The notes under the pieces are model-generated. The model worked only from the letters and a program-made list of their open reading frames with translations. It was not told the origin of the DNA and searched no databases. The position numbers and the translations under genes are program-made. 64,000 nt of DNA from an uncultured cyanobacterium (GTDB lineage Bacteria > Cyanobacteriota > Cyanobacteriia > Cyanobacteriales > Nostocaceae), in the NCBI GenBank assembly GCA_963740315.1, contig CAVUDP010000002.1, forward strand, positions 2,272,001 to 2,336,000. The letters run 5' to 3'. The number at the start of each line of letters is the position of its first letter. Within the stretch, counting starts at the first letter, position 1. Shown here in pieces: positions 39,054 through 51,100 of the stretch.

Positions 39054-39704
39054 TTAATTCCCTTTCCCCGTCACTAATGGATCGGTACTAGCTTCCAAAA
39101 CTCTGATGCGATTGTTCAATTGTTCTACAGTTTGCAAGTTAGAACGCTCTAAAGAATAACCAAGCCAAACTACAGTACCACCAAAGACGACGATTAAACT
39201 AACTAAAATACTTGCCAGCATATTTACTTGCGATCGCAAAGATTTTACTTCACGATTCTGGCTTTCCAATTGTACGAAAGAATTTGGTTCAACATATGAA
39301 GTTTGGTATAGATGTTTAGATTCGGGTTCTAATCCTACTTCTATTTCTGCTGCTTGTTTAACTGTAGTTGCAGGTTCAAAAGCTACCTGGGTGCGAAGCC
39401 AATCAACAATTAATTTAGGACAATTGCTTTTATACCATTTCCATGCAATAACTTTGAATGCTGGTTTGGATACCCTAGAAATTAATTTTAAGCTGCCGTT
39501 AAGGGTACGAGAACGAAATCTTTGGTCGATCAGATTTGCTGCACCAACATCATACAGATTATCTACAATCAGTTTAATCGAAGCTTCTTCTCTCTCCGTT
39601 AAATTTTCCAGCAAAAGAAGAACGTCATGCATTCTTTGTTCTTCTATTTTTTTGCGTAATGGGACTTGTGGTAAGTCATCCGATACTTGTATCTTAGTAT
39701 GCAT
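39054..39704 (-). CDS. Conserved cyanobacterial hypothetical protein with a C-terminal TM helix
   Basis: 216-aa ORF; LYDVGAANLI, CPKLIVDWL, coiled coil followed by a TM segment. Confidence 0.7.
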   Translation of the reverse strand: MHTKIQVSDDLPQVPLRKKIEEQRMHDVLLLLENLTEREEASIKLIVDNLYDVGAANLIDQRFRSRTLNGSLKLISRVSKPAFKVIAWKWYKSNCPKLIVDWLRTQVAFEPATTVKQAAEIEVGLEPESKHLYQTSYVEPNSFVQLESQNREVKSLRSQVNMLASILVSLIVVFGGTVVWLGYSLERSNLQTVEQLNNRIRVLEASTDPLVTGKGN

Positions 39705-40090
39705 GGTGTTTTAGCTGCTAGCAAATAGCCTTATAGCTGTAATACAAAAATTTTTTCACAAACAAACGCGAGCAATCAAGTTCAATTTTAATAAATTGAG
39801 ATATTTATCTTACAGGTTTAAATATATTAATAAGTTTTCACCGAACTTTTATTTTATTCCTTTTACAATTAATTCTAAAGGGGAAAGTCACAAAAATTAA
39901 GTAAAAATAACTCTTTTAATTTATATCTACCAACTACACATTAGCAGTGCTTAAAAATTGATTTTATTTCTAAGATAATTCTAAAGCCGATAAGCCAATA
40001 AAGGTTAATACCTGTAGGATGATTTTTATACTGTCTCCAGAAATAGTTTGATAACTTATATCGTCTTTTTAGATTTGCGTCTAATAACCT

Positions 40091-40133
40091 AAATAATGTA
40101 GAGACGTTGCACTGCAACGTCTCTACATTATTT
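40091..40133. repeat. Perfect palindrome with 21-bp arms (GTAGAGACG family)
   Basis: AAATAATGTAGAGACGTTGCA-C-TGCAACGTCTCTACATTATTT. Confidence 0.85.
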
Positions 40134-40274
40134 TAAGTTGTATCGATTAGACGAAATCAAATAAAATATTTGAGAATAAAATCTCTTCTTCACCACCAGC
40201 ATTTTTGTAACTTAAGAAGCTAACTCCGGTGGTGCTAACTCCTAACTCCGGTGGTGCTAACTCCTAACTATTCC

Positions 40275-43070
40275 CTACTTATTCACCAACAAAGCAAAGG
40301 GGAAATCTTGGAGAATATCGCGTACCCAAAGTGCATCTTCCCCTTCTACTTGCTTTCCGGTAAAGACATCTTGCCACACAGAAGTTGAATCAGTAGGGGG
40401 AACAATGCGAGTTTCCTGCCAAACTTGTTCGCCGAAAGGATATTCACCCATCTCTACTAAAGAAGTAAAGAAGCGGGGTGCAATTACGATTACTTTTTGA
40501 TCTCCTAATTCTCTACTGAATCCGACTATATGAGTTTTTAAGCTTCCGACTATTGTTAGTTTTTCGTAGGTACCGCGTTGAAATAAGTCTAAGTATTCTC
40601 GACGTGCTTGCAAGGTTTTGTAAATCAAGAAAAGTTTGATTTTTCCGTCTTCGGGATTTTCAAGCAACTGGGCAATATAATCAACTAAATCCGCTTCGCT
40701 TTGAGATTTTATTTCTTCAAGATACTTTTCTCGCATCGAGAAGTCTACCGGACGGCGGTTGTCTGGATCTACTAAACTAAAATCCCAAAGTTCGGTTCCT
40801 TGATAAATATCGGGAAGCCCCGGTGAGGTAAGTTTTATTAATGCTTGAGAAAGAGAACTTAAGATCCCGTAATGCTGAATTTTTTCTTCAAAAGGACGGA
40901 AAGCTTTTAAAAATTGATTGTCTTCACTATCCTTTAAAACTCTTTCGGCAAAGTTAGTAAAGCCGTCTTCGTAATCGCTATCATTTTTCAACCATGCGGT
41001 ATGAACTTTTGCTTCTCGAATTGCTTTAATAATATACTCTTTGATTCGTTCTACAAAAGCGGGATACTCTTCTTTACTAAAGGGAAAAGCACCGATCAGG
41101 GTTTGATAGAACAAATATTCATCGTTAGAAGTTGGTATATCTCGTCCGCCGACGCTATCTTTATGAGATGCGTTAATTTCGCGCCATTGTTTCAAATTTT
41201 GTTCCCATTCTTCGGGAATCTCCGATAAAACGTTAATTCTAGTTCTGACATCTTCCCCGCGTTTGGTATCGTGGGTAGATGTGGTATTCATTGTATGCGG
41301 CCAATTCGCAATCTGCTTGGAATTGTAAGCGTGAAAGTCTTCTAAAGATACGCCAAAAGCACCGGGATGCGAGCCAACTTCATTGAGGGAAACCAATCTG
41401 TTGTACACATACAGTACGGTATCTTCCACACCTTTCGCCATTAAAGGTCCGGTAAACTGCTGCAATCTCATTAAGAAACGCAACCATTCTTCTCTATCTT
41501 CCTCTGTAAGATGACCGTCGTACTCTAAGAGTAGAAATTTTTCAATAAAGTTGAGTTCGTTGAGAAAGTTGGGAATATTCTTTTTAGCTTGAGTCATTAC
41601 CCGCTCAATATATTCCCTGTCGGCGGAACTTGCTCCCCCATTATTAATGTATGTGCGATAAACCGGAAATACTGCCAAAATTTCAACCAAAGCCGCTTTT
41701 AAGCCGTACATTGTAAAATCGCTAGCATGACGGTTGCCACCAGATATTTTTTTGAAAAGATGAGCTAAATTCTCAATATCTCCGGCTAAATGTTTCTCGA
41801 TAATTAATCTTTTATTCTTGTCTATCAACTCTTCGCAAGAAGCAGCTTTACCGATAAAACTATAGTAGATATTATCAAATTGCTCTTCGTTTGATTGCTC
41901 GCAGAAAATACCATTGAGCTGGTTGAGAAAATCGTATCCTGTAGTTCCTTGAATGGGCCAAGTTATCGGTAATTCTTCTTCTGGTTCGAGGATTTTTTCG
42001 ACAATTAGGTAAACTTCCGGTGCTTTTTCTCGGAGTCTATTTAGATATTGCGCCGGATCGTATAAACCATCTATATGATCGATTCTCAATCCATCAAATT
42101 TACCTTCTTCAACTAATTCTAAAATCAGTGAATGAATAGTTTCAAAGACATTTTCATCTTCAACACGAAGCGATATTAGATCGTTAACTGTAAAAAAACG
42201 TCTGTAATTGAGTTCTTCATTCCCAACTTTCCAATAAGCAAGACGATAAAATTGCTCTGCTAATAAGTTTTCTAATAAATCAAAGCTTTCCGGTTCCCCT
42301 GTTTCTCCATTAAAAGTAGCAACATTTTCTTCAATATATTCTTTTACCTCCGGAGAATCATTCCACAGTTCCCATAACATTCTTTTAACAAAACTGATTT
42401 GGTCTTGTCTTTCTCTTCCCTCTTCACCAGATGGGGTATACTTCAATGTATAAAGAACACCCAAAAGTTTAACGAAAGCAGCATTATCTCTACCAAGTTT
42501 TTCCTGCAACCGTCCCAAATTGTATGTCAAAACTTGACTGTAAGATTCAATACGGATAGGAAATTTCAGAGAATAATAGTTAATAGTTAAACCATTTTTT
42601 TCGTACTGAATTTGTAATTCACCACTTTCGAGACAATCACCGCAAAATTTCCCCAAAAATGGCGCTAACACTTTACCATTATTTTTCGGGTAATGGTGGT
42701 TCCAGTCAATATCAAAAAAGTCTCTATACTTAGAATCTGGACCATTTTCCAAAACATCAATCAACATCTCATTTTGGCTATCAAAAGCCATATGATTGGG
42801 TACAATATCTTGAACCCAGTTGATGTTTAATTCTTGAAGCTGTTCTACTAATTTATGGAATTGTTCTGCACCTCCCAATTCTGGGTCAATTTCACGAGGA
42901 TTAACCGCATCATAACCGTGAGTACTACCTTTCCTAGAAGTCAGAATTGGAGAAGCATATAAATGAGAAACACCTAGCTGTTCTAAATAAGAAGCAATTT
43001 TTTGTGCTGCTGTAAAACCAAAGTTAGGAGTAAACTGAATCCGATATGTTGCTAAAGGTATTTGCATCAT
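40275..43070 (-). CDS. treY: Malto-oligosyltrehalose synthase
   Basis: ATYRIQF, GSTHGYD, DIVPNHM, GLRIDHIDGLYDP, STHDTKRGEDVR, SLVDPDNRRPVDF. Confidence 0.95.
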   Translation of the reverse strand: MMQIPLATYRIQFTPNFGFTAAQKIASYLEQLGVSHLYASPILTSRKGSTHGYDAVNPREIDPELGGAEQFHKLVEQLQELNINWVQDIVPNHMAFDSQNEMLIDVLENGPDSKYRDFFDIDWNHHYPKNNGKVLAPFLGKFCGDCLESGELQIQYEKNGLTINYYSLKFPIRIESYSQVLTYNLGRLQEKLGRDNAAFVKLLGVLYTLKYTPSGEEGRERQDQISFVKRMLWELWNDSPEVKEYIEENVATFNGETGEPESFDLLENLLAEQFYRLAYWKVGNEELNYRRFFTVNDLISLRVEDENVFETIHSLILELVEEGKFDGLRIDHIDGLYDPAQYLNRLREKAPEVYLIVEKILEPEEELPITWPIQGTTGYDFLNQLNGIFCEQSNEEQFDNIYYSFIGKAASCEELIDKNKRLIIEKHLAGDIENLAHLFKKISGGNRHASDFTMYGLKAALVEILAVFPVYRTYINNGGASSADREYIERVMTQAKKNIPNFLNELNFIEKFLLLEYDGHLTEEDREEWLRFLMRLQQFTGPLMAKGVEDTVLYVYNRLVSLNEVGSHPGAFGVSLEDFHAYNSKQIANWPHTMNTTSTHDTKRGEDVRTRINVLSEIPEEWEQNLKQWREINASHKDSVGGRDIPTSNDEYLFYQTLIGAFPFSKEEYPAFVERIKEYIIKAIREAKVHTAWLKNDSDYEDGFTNFAERVLKDSEDNQFLKAFRPFEEKIQHYGILSSLSQALIKLTSPGLPDIYQGTELWDFSLVDPDNRRPVDFSMREKYLEEIKSQSEADLVDYIAQLLENPEDGKIKLFLIYKTLQARREYLDLFQRGTYEKLTIVGSLKTHIVGFSRELGDQKVIVIAPRFFTSLVEMGEYPFGEQVWQETRIVPPTDSTSVWQDVFTGKQVEGEDALWVRDILQDFPFALLVNK

Positions 43071-43366
43071 GACGATTTGAAATGTTAGTTGTTAGTTGTT
43101 AGTTGTTAGGAGTTAGGAGTTAGGAGTTAGGAGTTTTTCTATGCTTTCTCCCCATCTCCCCATCTCCCCCGCACCCCATCTCCCCATCTCCCCCGCTCGC
43201 CGCACGCTCCGCGTGAACGGGTTGCGCCACTTCTCTCAACGGTCGTGTTCCTCCGCACGTTTTGGGCTTACCATCTCCCCATCTCCCCCGAACCCCATCT
43301 CCCCATCTCCTTGTCCAGCGCTCACTGGTCACTTGGTCACACTGGTCACTGGTAACTGGTAATTGG

Positions 43367-45199
43367 TCACTGATTACCGTAAACCACAACGCTGTAGGGA
43401 TTAATATTCATCGTTGGGTCACTTTCTCCGTCCAGTTTCTCTGGTAACTGGGAACCCGTTCCTCCCCAAGTTTCTTCGCTCGAATCAAGTATTTTTTTCC
43501 AAGCGCCACTAGGTATATTTTCTGCAATTTTAACAGTTTCCGAGCCAAAGTTAAGCCAGCAAAGAATTTCACTGTCTTCATGCTGTCTTTTGATGTATAA
43601 AACTTTTTCTGGTTCGAGTACCGTCGCTTCTAATTTATTCCTATCTAAGTTCCTCAATGCGGGAATGTCTCTTCGCATTTGCAGTAATTTTTGGTGGAAC
43701 AACCACAGCTTTTGATGCTCTCCGGTTTTATGCTTGTCCCAATCTAATCGCGATTTTTCAAGGGTTTCTTCTGCTTGCGGATCTGGTGCTTCTTCTCCAC
43801 CAATTTCGTGGAATGCCGCAAATTCTTCTTTTCTACCTTTTCTGACTGCTTCGATTAAATCGCGATCGCCATGATTGACAAAGTACAAAAATGGTGCTGT
43901 TTCCCCGTATTCTTCTCCCATAAATAGCATGGGAATATATGGTGCAAGTAATAGCGCTGCTGCTGTCAGTTTCAAAGCTTCAAAGGATATCAATGTCGAA
44001 AGTCTATCCCCCAACATTCGATTCCCTACCTGGTCGTGGTTTTGGGCACATACCACAAACTGACTCGAAGCACAATCGCTGGGATCTTCACCATGATATC
44101 TATGGCGGAAATTAGAGTAATCCCAAGTATAAACAAATCCTTTACGATAAATTTTCGCTAACTGCTCTAAATCACCAAAATCCTCGTAATACCCGTTGTT
44201 TTCACCCGTTACTACCGTATGTAAAATATGGTGAAAATCGTCACTCCACTGGGCATCAATACCGTATCCACCCACTTCTTTTGAGCGAATAATACGCGGA
44301 TCGTTGAGGTCGCTTTCGGCAATTAAATAATATTGACGACCCTTTTTCTGCTCTAACTGAGTTACAGCTTCAGCCATTTCTGCCAAAATATGCTTTGCAC
44401 CAAAGTCGTAAATAGCATGAACCGCATCCAAGCGCAATCCATCTAAATGGTAATTTTCCAACCAATACAAAACGTTTTGGACAAAGTAATTCCGCACCCC
44501 ATCGCTATAAGCATCATCAAAATTAATAGCGCTACCCCAAGGAGTTTTATATTTCTCGGTAAAGTATGTTCCGAAACCCCACAAATAATTTCCTTCGGGT
44601 CCGAGGTGGTTGTAAACTACATCTAAAACTACCGCAATACCGATTTTGTGGCAGGCATCAACCAGTTTTTTCAAACCATCAACACCACCATAGGTATTTT
44701 GTACCGCGTATGGGAAAACACCATCGTAACCCCAGTTGCGACTGCCGGGAAACTGAGCCACGGGCATGATTTCAATGGTATTTACGCCTAATTCTCGCAA
44801 CTCCGATAACCGAGGAATTATCGATTCAAAAGTCCCTTCTTCGGTAAAAGTTCCTACGTGCAACTCGTAGATAACCATTTCTTCTAAAGGAACACCCCCC
44901 CAGCCGTCATCATTCCACTTAAAGCTGGCGTGGTCAACTATTTCCGAAGCACCGTGAACCCCTTGCGGTAAAGAATTTGCAGCAGGATCGGGTCTATCCG
45001 TTTCACCATCAAGCTGATAATAATACAGAGTACCGGGTTTTATATCTGCGATCGAACCCTGCCAATAACCCCGTTCATCTTTTTCCAGAGGGACTACTTT
45101 ATCTTCGGGATCGACTAAATGAACCGCAACCTCTCCGAATAAAGGTGCCCAGAGAGTAAAGGTGCAAGTATTGTTTGAATATTCAGAACCGATATGCAT
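43367..45199 (-). CDS. treZ: Malto-oligosyltrehalose trehalohydrolase
   Basis: YELHVGTFT, RNWGYDGV, DVVYNHLGPEGNY, LRLDAVHAI, QNHDQVGNR. Confidence 0.95.
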   Translation of the reverse strand: MHIGSEYSNNTCTFTLWAPLFGEVAVHLVDPEDKVVPLEKDERGYWQGSIADIKPGTLYYYQLDGETDRPDPAANSLPQGVHGASEIVDHASFKWNDDGWGGVPLEEMVIYELHVGTFTEEGTFESIIPRLSELRELGVNTIEIMPVAQFPGSRNWGYDGVFPYAVQNTYGGVDGLKKLVDACHKIGIAVVLDVVYNHLGPEGNYLWGFGTYFTEKYKTPWGSAINFDDAYSDGVRNYFVQNVLYWLENYHLDGLRLDAVHAIYDFGAKHILAEMAEAVTQLEQKKGRQYYLIAESDLNDPRIIRSKEVGGYGIDAQWSDDFHHILHTVVTGENNGYYEDFGDLEQLAKIYRKGFVYTWDYSNFRHRYHGEDPSDCASSQFVVCAQNHDQVGNRMLGDRLSTLISFEALKLTAAALLLAPYIPMLFMGEEYGETAPFLYFVNHGDRDLIEAVRKGRKEEFAAFHEIGGEEAPDPQAEETLEKSRLDWDKHKTGEHQKLWLFHQKLLQMRRDIPALRNLDRNKLEATVLEPEKVLYIKRQHEDSEILCWLNFGSETVKIAENIPSGAWKKILDSSEETWGGTGSQLPEKLDGESDPTMNINPYSVVVYGNQ

Positions 45200-45474
45200 G
45201 GCTGATTGGTAGATGGGTAATTGGTAATTGGTAATGGGGGATGGGGGATGGGGAGATGGGGGGAAAAGGGGACAAGGGGATGGGGAGATGGGGGGATGGG
45301 GAGATGGGGGGAAAAGGGGACAAGGGGATGGGGAGATGGGGGGATGGGGAGAAAATTATTAATTATCAACTTCAAATTCCTAACTCCTCATTCCGGTGGT
45401 CATAACTCCTCATTCCGGTGGTCCTAACTCCTAACTCCGGTGGTTTTAACTATCCTCAATCCCCCATGCCCTTT

Positions 45475-47628
45475 TTATTCATCATCATATTCTTGGTTAA
45501 CTCTACCAAGCCTCTGAAGGATGATTATAGAACGCGCTTCTACGTTGATTGGCTTATCTTCGATGTAGCGTTTACCGCGCTGTACAAATCTAGGTTTGGT
45601 GGTGTCGAGAATAGTTACCCACTCCCATTCTTGCAATTCTGGAGGAATGGTAAATTCCAACATTTCGTAATGAGCGTTGAATGAGATTAAGAAACTTTCA
45701 TCAATGATGCGTTCGCCTCTAGGTCCTGGTGAACCTATTCCTTCGCCGTTGAGGAAGATTCCAATCGCTTTGGCATAACCGCTATTCCATTGTTCTTCCG
45801 TCATTTTACCGCCATCGGGGTTAAACCAAGAAATATCGGTAACACCCGTACCGCGAATTGCTCTACCTTGGAACCACTTACGCCTTCTAAATACTGGGTG
45901 TCGGCGACGAAAGTCGATTAATTGACGGGTAAAGTCGAGTAAATTCTCGTTTTCTTCTTGTAAATCCCAATCTAACCAGGAAAGCTCGTTATCTTGACAG
46001 TAAGGATTGTTGTTTCCTCCTTGGCTTCTTCCCATTTCGTCACCCATGACTAACATGGGTACGCCTTGGGAAAGGAATAAGGTAACTAGAAAGTTGCGTC
46101 GCTGTTTTTTCCGCACTCTCTCAATGGCTAAATCTTCAGTTTCTCCTTCTGCACCGCAATTCCAGGAACGATTGTGACTTTCTCCATCGCGGCTCTCTTC
46201 ACCGTTGGCTTCGTTGTGTTTCTCGTTGTAACTTACTAAGTCATTTAACGTAAAACCATCATGAGCGGTAATAAAGTTAACACTTGCGCTGGGGCTGCGT
46301 CCGTTCAGCTCGTAAAGATCGGAACTACCCGTAAAACGATAGGCAAATTCTGCTAGGCTACTGTCTTCTCCTCGCCAGAAGTCTCGTACTGTATCCCGAT
46401 ATTTTCCATTCCATTCCGACCATAATAAGGGAAATTCACCTACCTGGTAGCCTCCTTCACCAACATCCCAAGGTTCGGCGATCAATTTCACGTCTGCTAA
46501 AACCGGGTCTTGGTGGATAATATCGAAGAATGCTGCTAATTTATCGACTGCGTATAATTCTCTAGCTAAAGCTGATGCTAAGTCAAAACGGAAACCATCT
46601 ATGTGACATTCCAACACCCAGTACCGCAAACTATCCATAATTAGCTTGAGTATTTGGGGATGGCGCACGTTGAGGGAATTACCGCAACCAGTAAAGTCCA
46701 TGTAGTAGCGTAAATCGCCGTCTACCAAACGGTAGTAACAAGCATTATCAATACCGCGCAAAGATATAGTCGGACCCATGTGGTTTCCTTCACCCGTATG
46801 GTTGTAAACCACGTCAAGGATGACTTCTATCCCAGCTTGATGCAGCCGCTTGACCATGTGCTTAAACTCTTTAAGCTGCTGTCCCAAACTACCGCTAGCG
46901 CTATAACCAGAATAAGGAGCTAGATAACAGATTGAATCGTAGCCCCAATAGTTTTTCATCTTCTTACTAACTAAATGTCCGGGCTGCGATAAAAAATGAT
47001 GAATGGGCATCAATTCCACTGCCGTAATACCCAGAGATTGGAGATGAGAAATAGCCGCAGGGTGGGCGAGTCCGGCATAAGTTCCCCGTAGTTTTGCGGG
47101 GATTTCTTCATGTAGCTTAGTTAACCCTTTAACATGGGTTTCGTAAATTATCGTTTCGTGCCAAGGCGTTTGTAGAAGTTGATCTCCTTCCCAGTCAAAG
47201 CTTTTATCTACAACCACCGATTTGGGAATTAAATGTGCATCATTCAATTCTGAAAATCCCAAATCATCTTTGGGATCGTCCCAACGATATCCAAAAATTT
47301 CCTCACCAAAACCGATATCTCCATCGACCGCACAAGCATAGGGATCGATTAATAATTTATTTGGGTTGAACCGATGTCCTTCATGAGGAGCAAACGGACC
47401 GTGAACTCTAAACCCATAGCGCTGACCGGGACCAATAGAAGGAACGTAACCGTGCCAAGTAAAGTTACTAACTTCTCGTAAACTTAATCGAGTTTCTCGT
47501 CCTTCCTTATCAAATAAACACAACTCTACCGCCGTCGCGTTTTCTGAGAATAAAGCAAAATTAGTACCCTTGCCATCCCAGTTCGCGCCTAAAGGATAAG
47601 GTTTACCGGGCCATAGTGAGAGGTACAT
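45475..47628 (-). CDS. glgX: Glycogen debranching enzyme (isoamylase)
   Basis: GKPYPLGA, NYWGY, DGFRFDLA, IAEPWD, NFITAHDGFTL, NNPYCQDNE. Confidence 0.95.
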   Translation of the reverse strand: MYLSLWPGKPYPLGANWDGKGTNFALFSENATAVELCLFDKEGRETRLSLREVSNFTWHGYVPSIGPGQRYGFRVHGPFAPHEGHRFNPNKLLIDPYACAVDGDIGFGEEIFGYRWDDPKDDLGFSELNDAHLIPKSVVVDKSFDWEGDQLLQTPWHETIIYETHVKGLTKLHEEIPAKLRGTYAGLAHPAAISHLQSLGITAVELMPIHHFLSQPGHLVSKKMKNYWGYDSICYLAPYSGYSASGSLGQQLKEFKHMVKRLHQAGIEVILDVVYNHTGEGNHMGPTISLRGIDNACYYRLVDGDLRYYMDFTGCGNSLNVRHPQILKLIMDSLRYWVLECHIDGFRFDLASALARELYAVDKLAAFFDIIHQDPVLADVKLIAEPWDVGEGGYQVGEFPLLWSEWNGKYRDTVRDFWRGEDSSLAEFAYRFTGSSDLYELNGRSPSASVNFITAHDGFTLNDLVSYNEKHNEANGEESRDGESHNRSWNCGAEGETEDLAIERVRKKQRRNFLVTLFLSQGVPMLVMGDEMGRSQGGNNNPYCQDNELSWLDWDLQEENENLLDFTRQLIDFRRRHPVFRRRKWFQGRAIRGTGVTDISWFNPDGGKMTEEQWNSGYAKAIGIFLNGEGIGSPGPRGERIIDESFLISFNAHYEMLEFTIPPELQEWEWVTILDTTKPRFVQRGKRYIEDKPINVEARSIIILQRLGRVNQEYDDE

Positions 47629-48135
47629 ACCATCGAACTCCTAATAAAAACGAATAATTCTGCAATGCACTCAAGTATTAATAAGATACTAAATCTTCTC
47701 CAATCATTTTAAAGCTTGATTGAATAACTGATTAGGTTTTACCCCCATAGAAATAGAACAAATATACCTCTATGGGGGGAAGAGAGAGATGGGGGGATGG
47801 GGAGATGGTAAGCCCAAAACGTGCGGAGGAACACGACCGTTGAGAGAAGTGGCGCAACCCGTTACTCTAACGAGTCGTGCCGCGAGTAAGGCTTGCGTCG
47901 CCTGAAAGGCGATACACGCGGAGCGTGCGGCGAGCGGGGAGAGGGGGTAGATGGGGGAGACAAGGGGACAAGGGGAAATCCTAACTCCTAACTTTTAATG
48001 CCCAATGCCCAATGCCCAATGCCCTATTCCCAACTCTCAATTCCGGTGGTCCCAACTCCGGTGGTCCCTACTCCCTACTCCCTATTCCCAACTCCTCACC
48101 TTTAACCTTTAATATGCAGACCTACTCCCCTTGCC

Positions 48136-51100
48136 CTATGCCGTTTCCAAAAGTTCTAAAATACGATGCATCGGTACTTCCACCCAGTTAGGACGGTTTT
48201 TGAGTTCGTGTTCTAGTTCGACGATCGCTTTTTCTAGTATGAATCCATCTAAAAGTAGTTCTAGTTCTGATGGTTCCGAAGGTAGGAAGGGTGCGCCTTT
48301 AGCTGTACTTAAGTAGGATTTCAAAAAGGCGACACTCGACCAAGTGTAGAAAAATTGCGTCCATTGCTCCATCAATGGCAAGTCATCTGGAACAATAATT
48401 CCACTTTCTTTTTCATTCCGTAAAGCTATACGGCTTGAATAGTAGAAGGATTCTATCATTCCGGCGACATCGCGCAGGGGCGATCGCTTCATGCGTCGTT
48501 CGCTTAACGGACGGGTTTGATCGCCTTCAAAGTCAATGATGATAAAGTCTTTACCCGTATACAGCACTTCGTTGAGACATAAATTACCGTGGGTGCGAGT
48601 TCGCATGGCGGTGATTTTTTGGTTGAGTATTGATTTGAGTCGAGCTAATATCATTTCTCGATTGTTCAATACCACTTGTGCTACGGGTTGAAGTTCGCTC
48701 GGTAACTGTATCAAGTGCTTTTTCAACAGCAGCAATACTTGTCCTGCTTGATTCCGCATATATTGGTAAATCGAGCGCTGGTAAAAGGAAGTAAATTGCT
48801 CTGGGGCAAAATTGGGGTCATCTGCGTCGGATGCTAATGCTAAGTGCATTTCGGCTGTACGCTCGCCTAATAGTTGAGCATTCCGCAAATAGGTGCCAAT
48901 CATTTCCTGCGCTAAGTCCGGAATTTCGGTTTCTAATGCTGCTGACAACAACGAAGATGGTAAATCGATATCGGCAACAGCGTCTATTTGCGTTACCTGC
49001 ACTTGTTCAAAAAAGTCTCGCAGGCTATCAAGACTATATTCCCAACCATCTCTGATATCGGGAATAAATTTTTGCAAAATTCCCAACGTCATTGTCTCAA
49101 AGCCTTTACGGCTGTAGTTTAAGCTACCAGCAACGGGAGCAAAGTTTTCTACACCGGGTAGTCCTTTTGTTGCCGAAGCGTGAGTGAGAAACTGACCTAC
49201 TTCTAAATCGGGGTTGATGCCTTCTCCTACTACCTTACGAAATAGTTTGCACATCAGGCGATCGCCATACACTACGCAGGTATTCTTATGTTCTCCACGT
49301 AACATATGCGCTTCTAAATGTACTTTGAGTGCGTGGCTGGAAGCAGCACCTGCTAGCTCGGTAAAATCTTTGCTGGCTTCTGCAATTAGTTCGCCTGCCA
49401 TGCCTTTGTAAGTCTTTTTGTTGGCAATGGCTTCGAGAGGGAAGTTGAGAAATTCTTTGTCTGCGAGGGCATCAAACAATAGCCCAACTTCTTTCTTGCT
49501 GCGTATTTCGATATTAGCTACAACTTCCTCGCGGTAGGAACCAAAGCGTTCGTTGTTGATACCCTCGACTTCGTAAGCTAAGTGTAATACGTAGATTTCG
49601 GGATTGCCTTCAGTGTAGTCTAACTGTACTAAAACAACTGCCGCTTCTAAGGAACGGAAGGAAACGGGTATTGCCTCGATAATATGACCGGACTGGATTA
49701 CCCGGCTTTTACCGTCAAACCAATTACAGGCACACATATAATCTGGCAAAATTCCTTCCAATGCTGCCTTTGTTTCAGTTTTGGTAAAAATATTCTGCCA
49801 ATTGTCGCTAACGACTAAAGTTGGTATTTGATTTTGAGGTCTTACCGGACAGGTAATATTTGTTTGTACTTGCAGGGTAAACCAGTAAAACGCATGGGGC
49901 GCTAAACTCATGAAATAAGGCGTATCGTCAATTGCTGGAAATGTGGTGCGTCCGAAGATTTCCACCGGAATCATGGCGTTAAATGCTGACAAGTCTAACT
50001 CTACTGTCTGCACGAAACGGGACAAATTAGTTACAACCAGAATATGTTCGCCGTTGTAGGTACGAGTAAACGCCAAAACCTTGCGATTTTCTGGATAAAG
50101 TAATTCAAAAGTACCCCTACCAAAAGCTTGGAAGCGTCCGCGAGTTGCAATCAAGCGTTTCGTCCACCACCATAGGGAGTTGCGGTTTTCTCGTTGGGCT
50201 TCAACGTTAACCGCCTCAAAATGATATTCTGGGTCAATAATTACCGGAGCGTAAAGCTTGTGGGGATTGCAACGACTAAAACCACCATTGCGATCGGCGC
50301 TCCACTGCATCGGAGTCCGCACCCCGTTGCGATCGCCTAAATAAATATTGTCCCCCATGCCGATTTCATCGCCGTAATACAGTACTGGGGTTCCAGGCAG
50401 CGACATTAATAAAGCATTCATTACTTCCGTGCGCCGTCGATTATTCCCCATCAACGGTGCTAAACGGCGACGAATACCCAAATTCAACCTTGCTTGCTGG
50501 TCTTGTGCGTAGACGCGATACATATAATCGCGGTCTTCATCGCTAACCATTTCCAAAGTCAACTCATCGTGATTCCGCAAAAATAATGCCCATTGACAGT
50601 TATCGGGAATCGGCGGTGTTTGCTGCAAAATATCGATAATCGGGAAACTATCTTCCATTTGCAGCCCCATGAATAAACGCGGCATCAAGGGGAAATGGAA
50701 ATTCATGTGACATTCATCCCCATCGCCGTAATACTCTACAGCATCTTCGGGCCACTGGTTTGCTTCAGCCAGCAACATCCGATTGGGATACTTCTCGTCC
50801 ATGTGTTGGCGTAATTTCTTCAAAAAGGCGTGAGTTTCCGGTAGGTTTTCGCAACTGCTGCCTTCACGCTCGTATAGATACGGTACGGCATCCAATCGCA
50901 TCGCATCTACACCCAAATCCAACCAAAAATCCACCACATCAAACAGCGCTTGCTGCATTTGAGGACTTTCAAAATTCAAGTCCGGCTGGTGAGAATAAAA
51001 ACGGTGCCAATAGTAAGATTTTGCAACGGGGTCCCAAGTCCAGTTAGAAGTTTCAAAATCCTTAAAGATGATTCGTGCTTCTTCATACTTTTCTAGAGTA

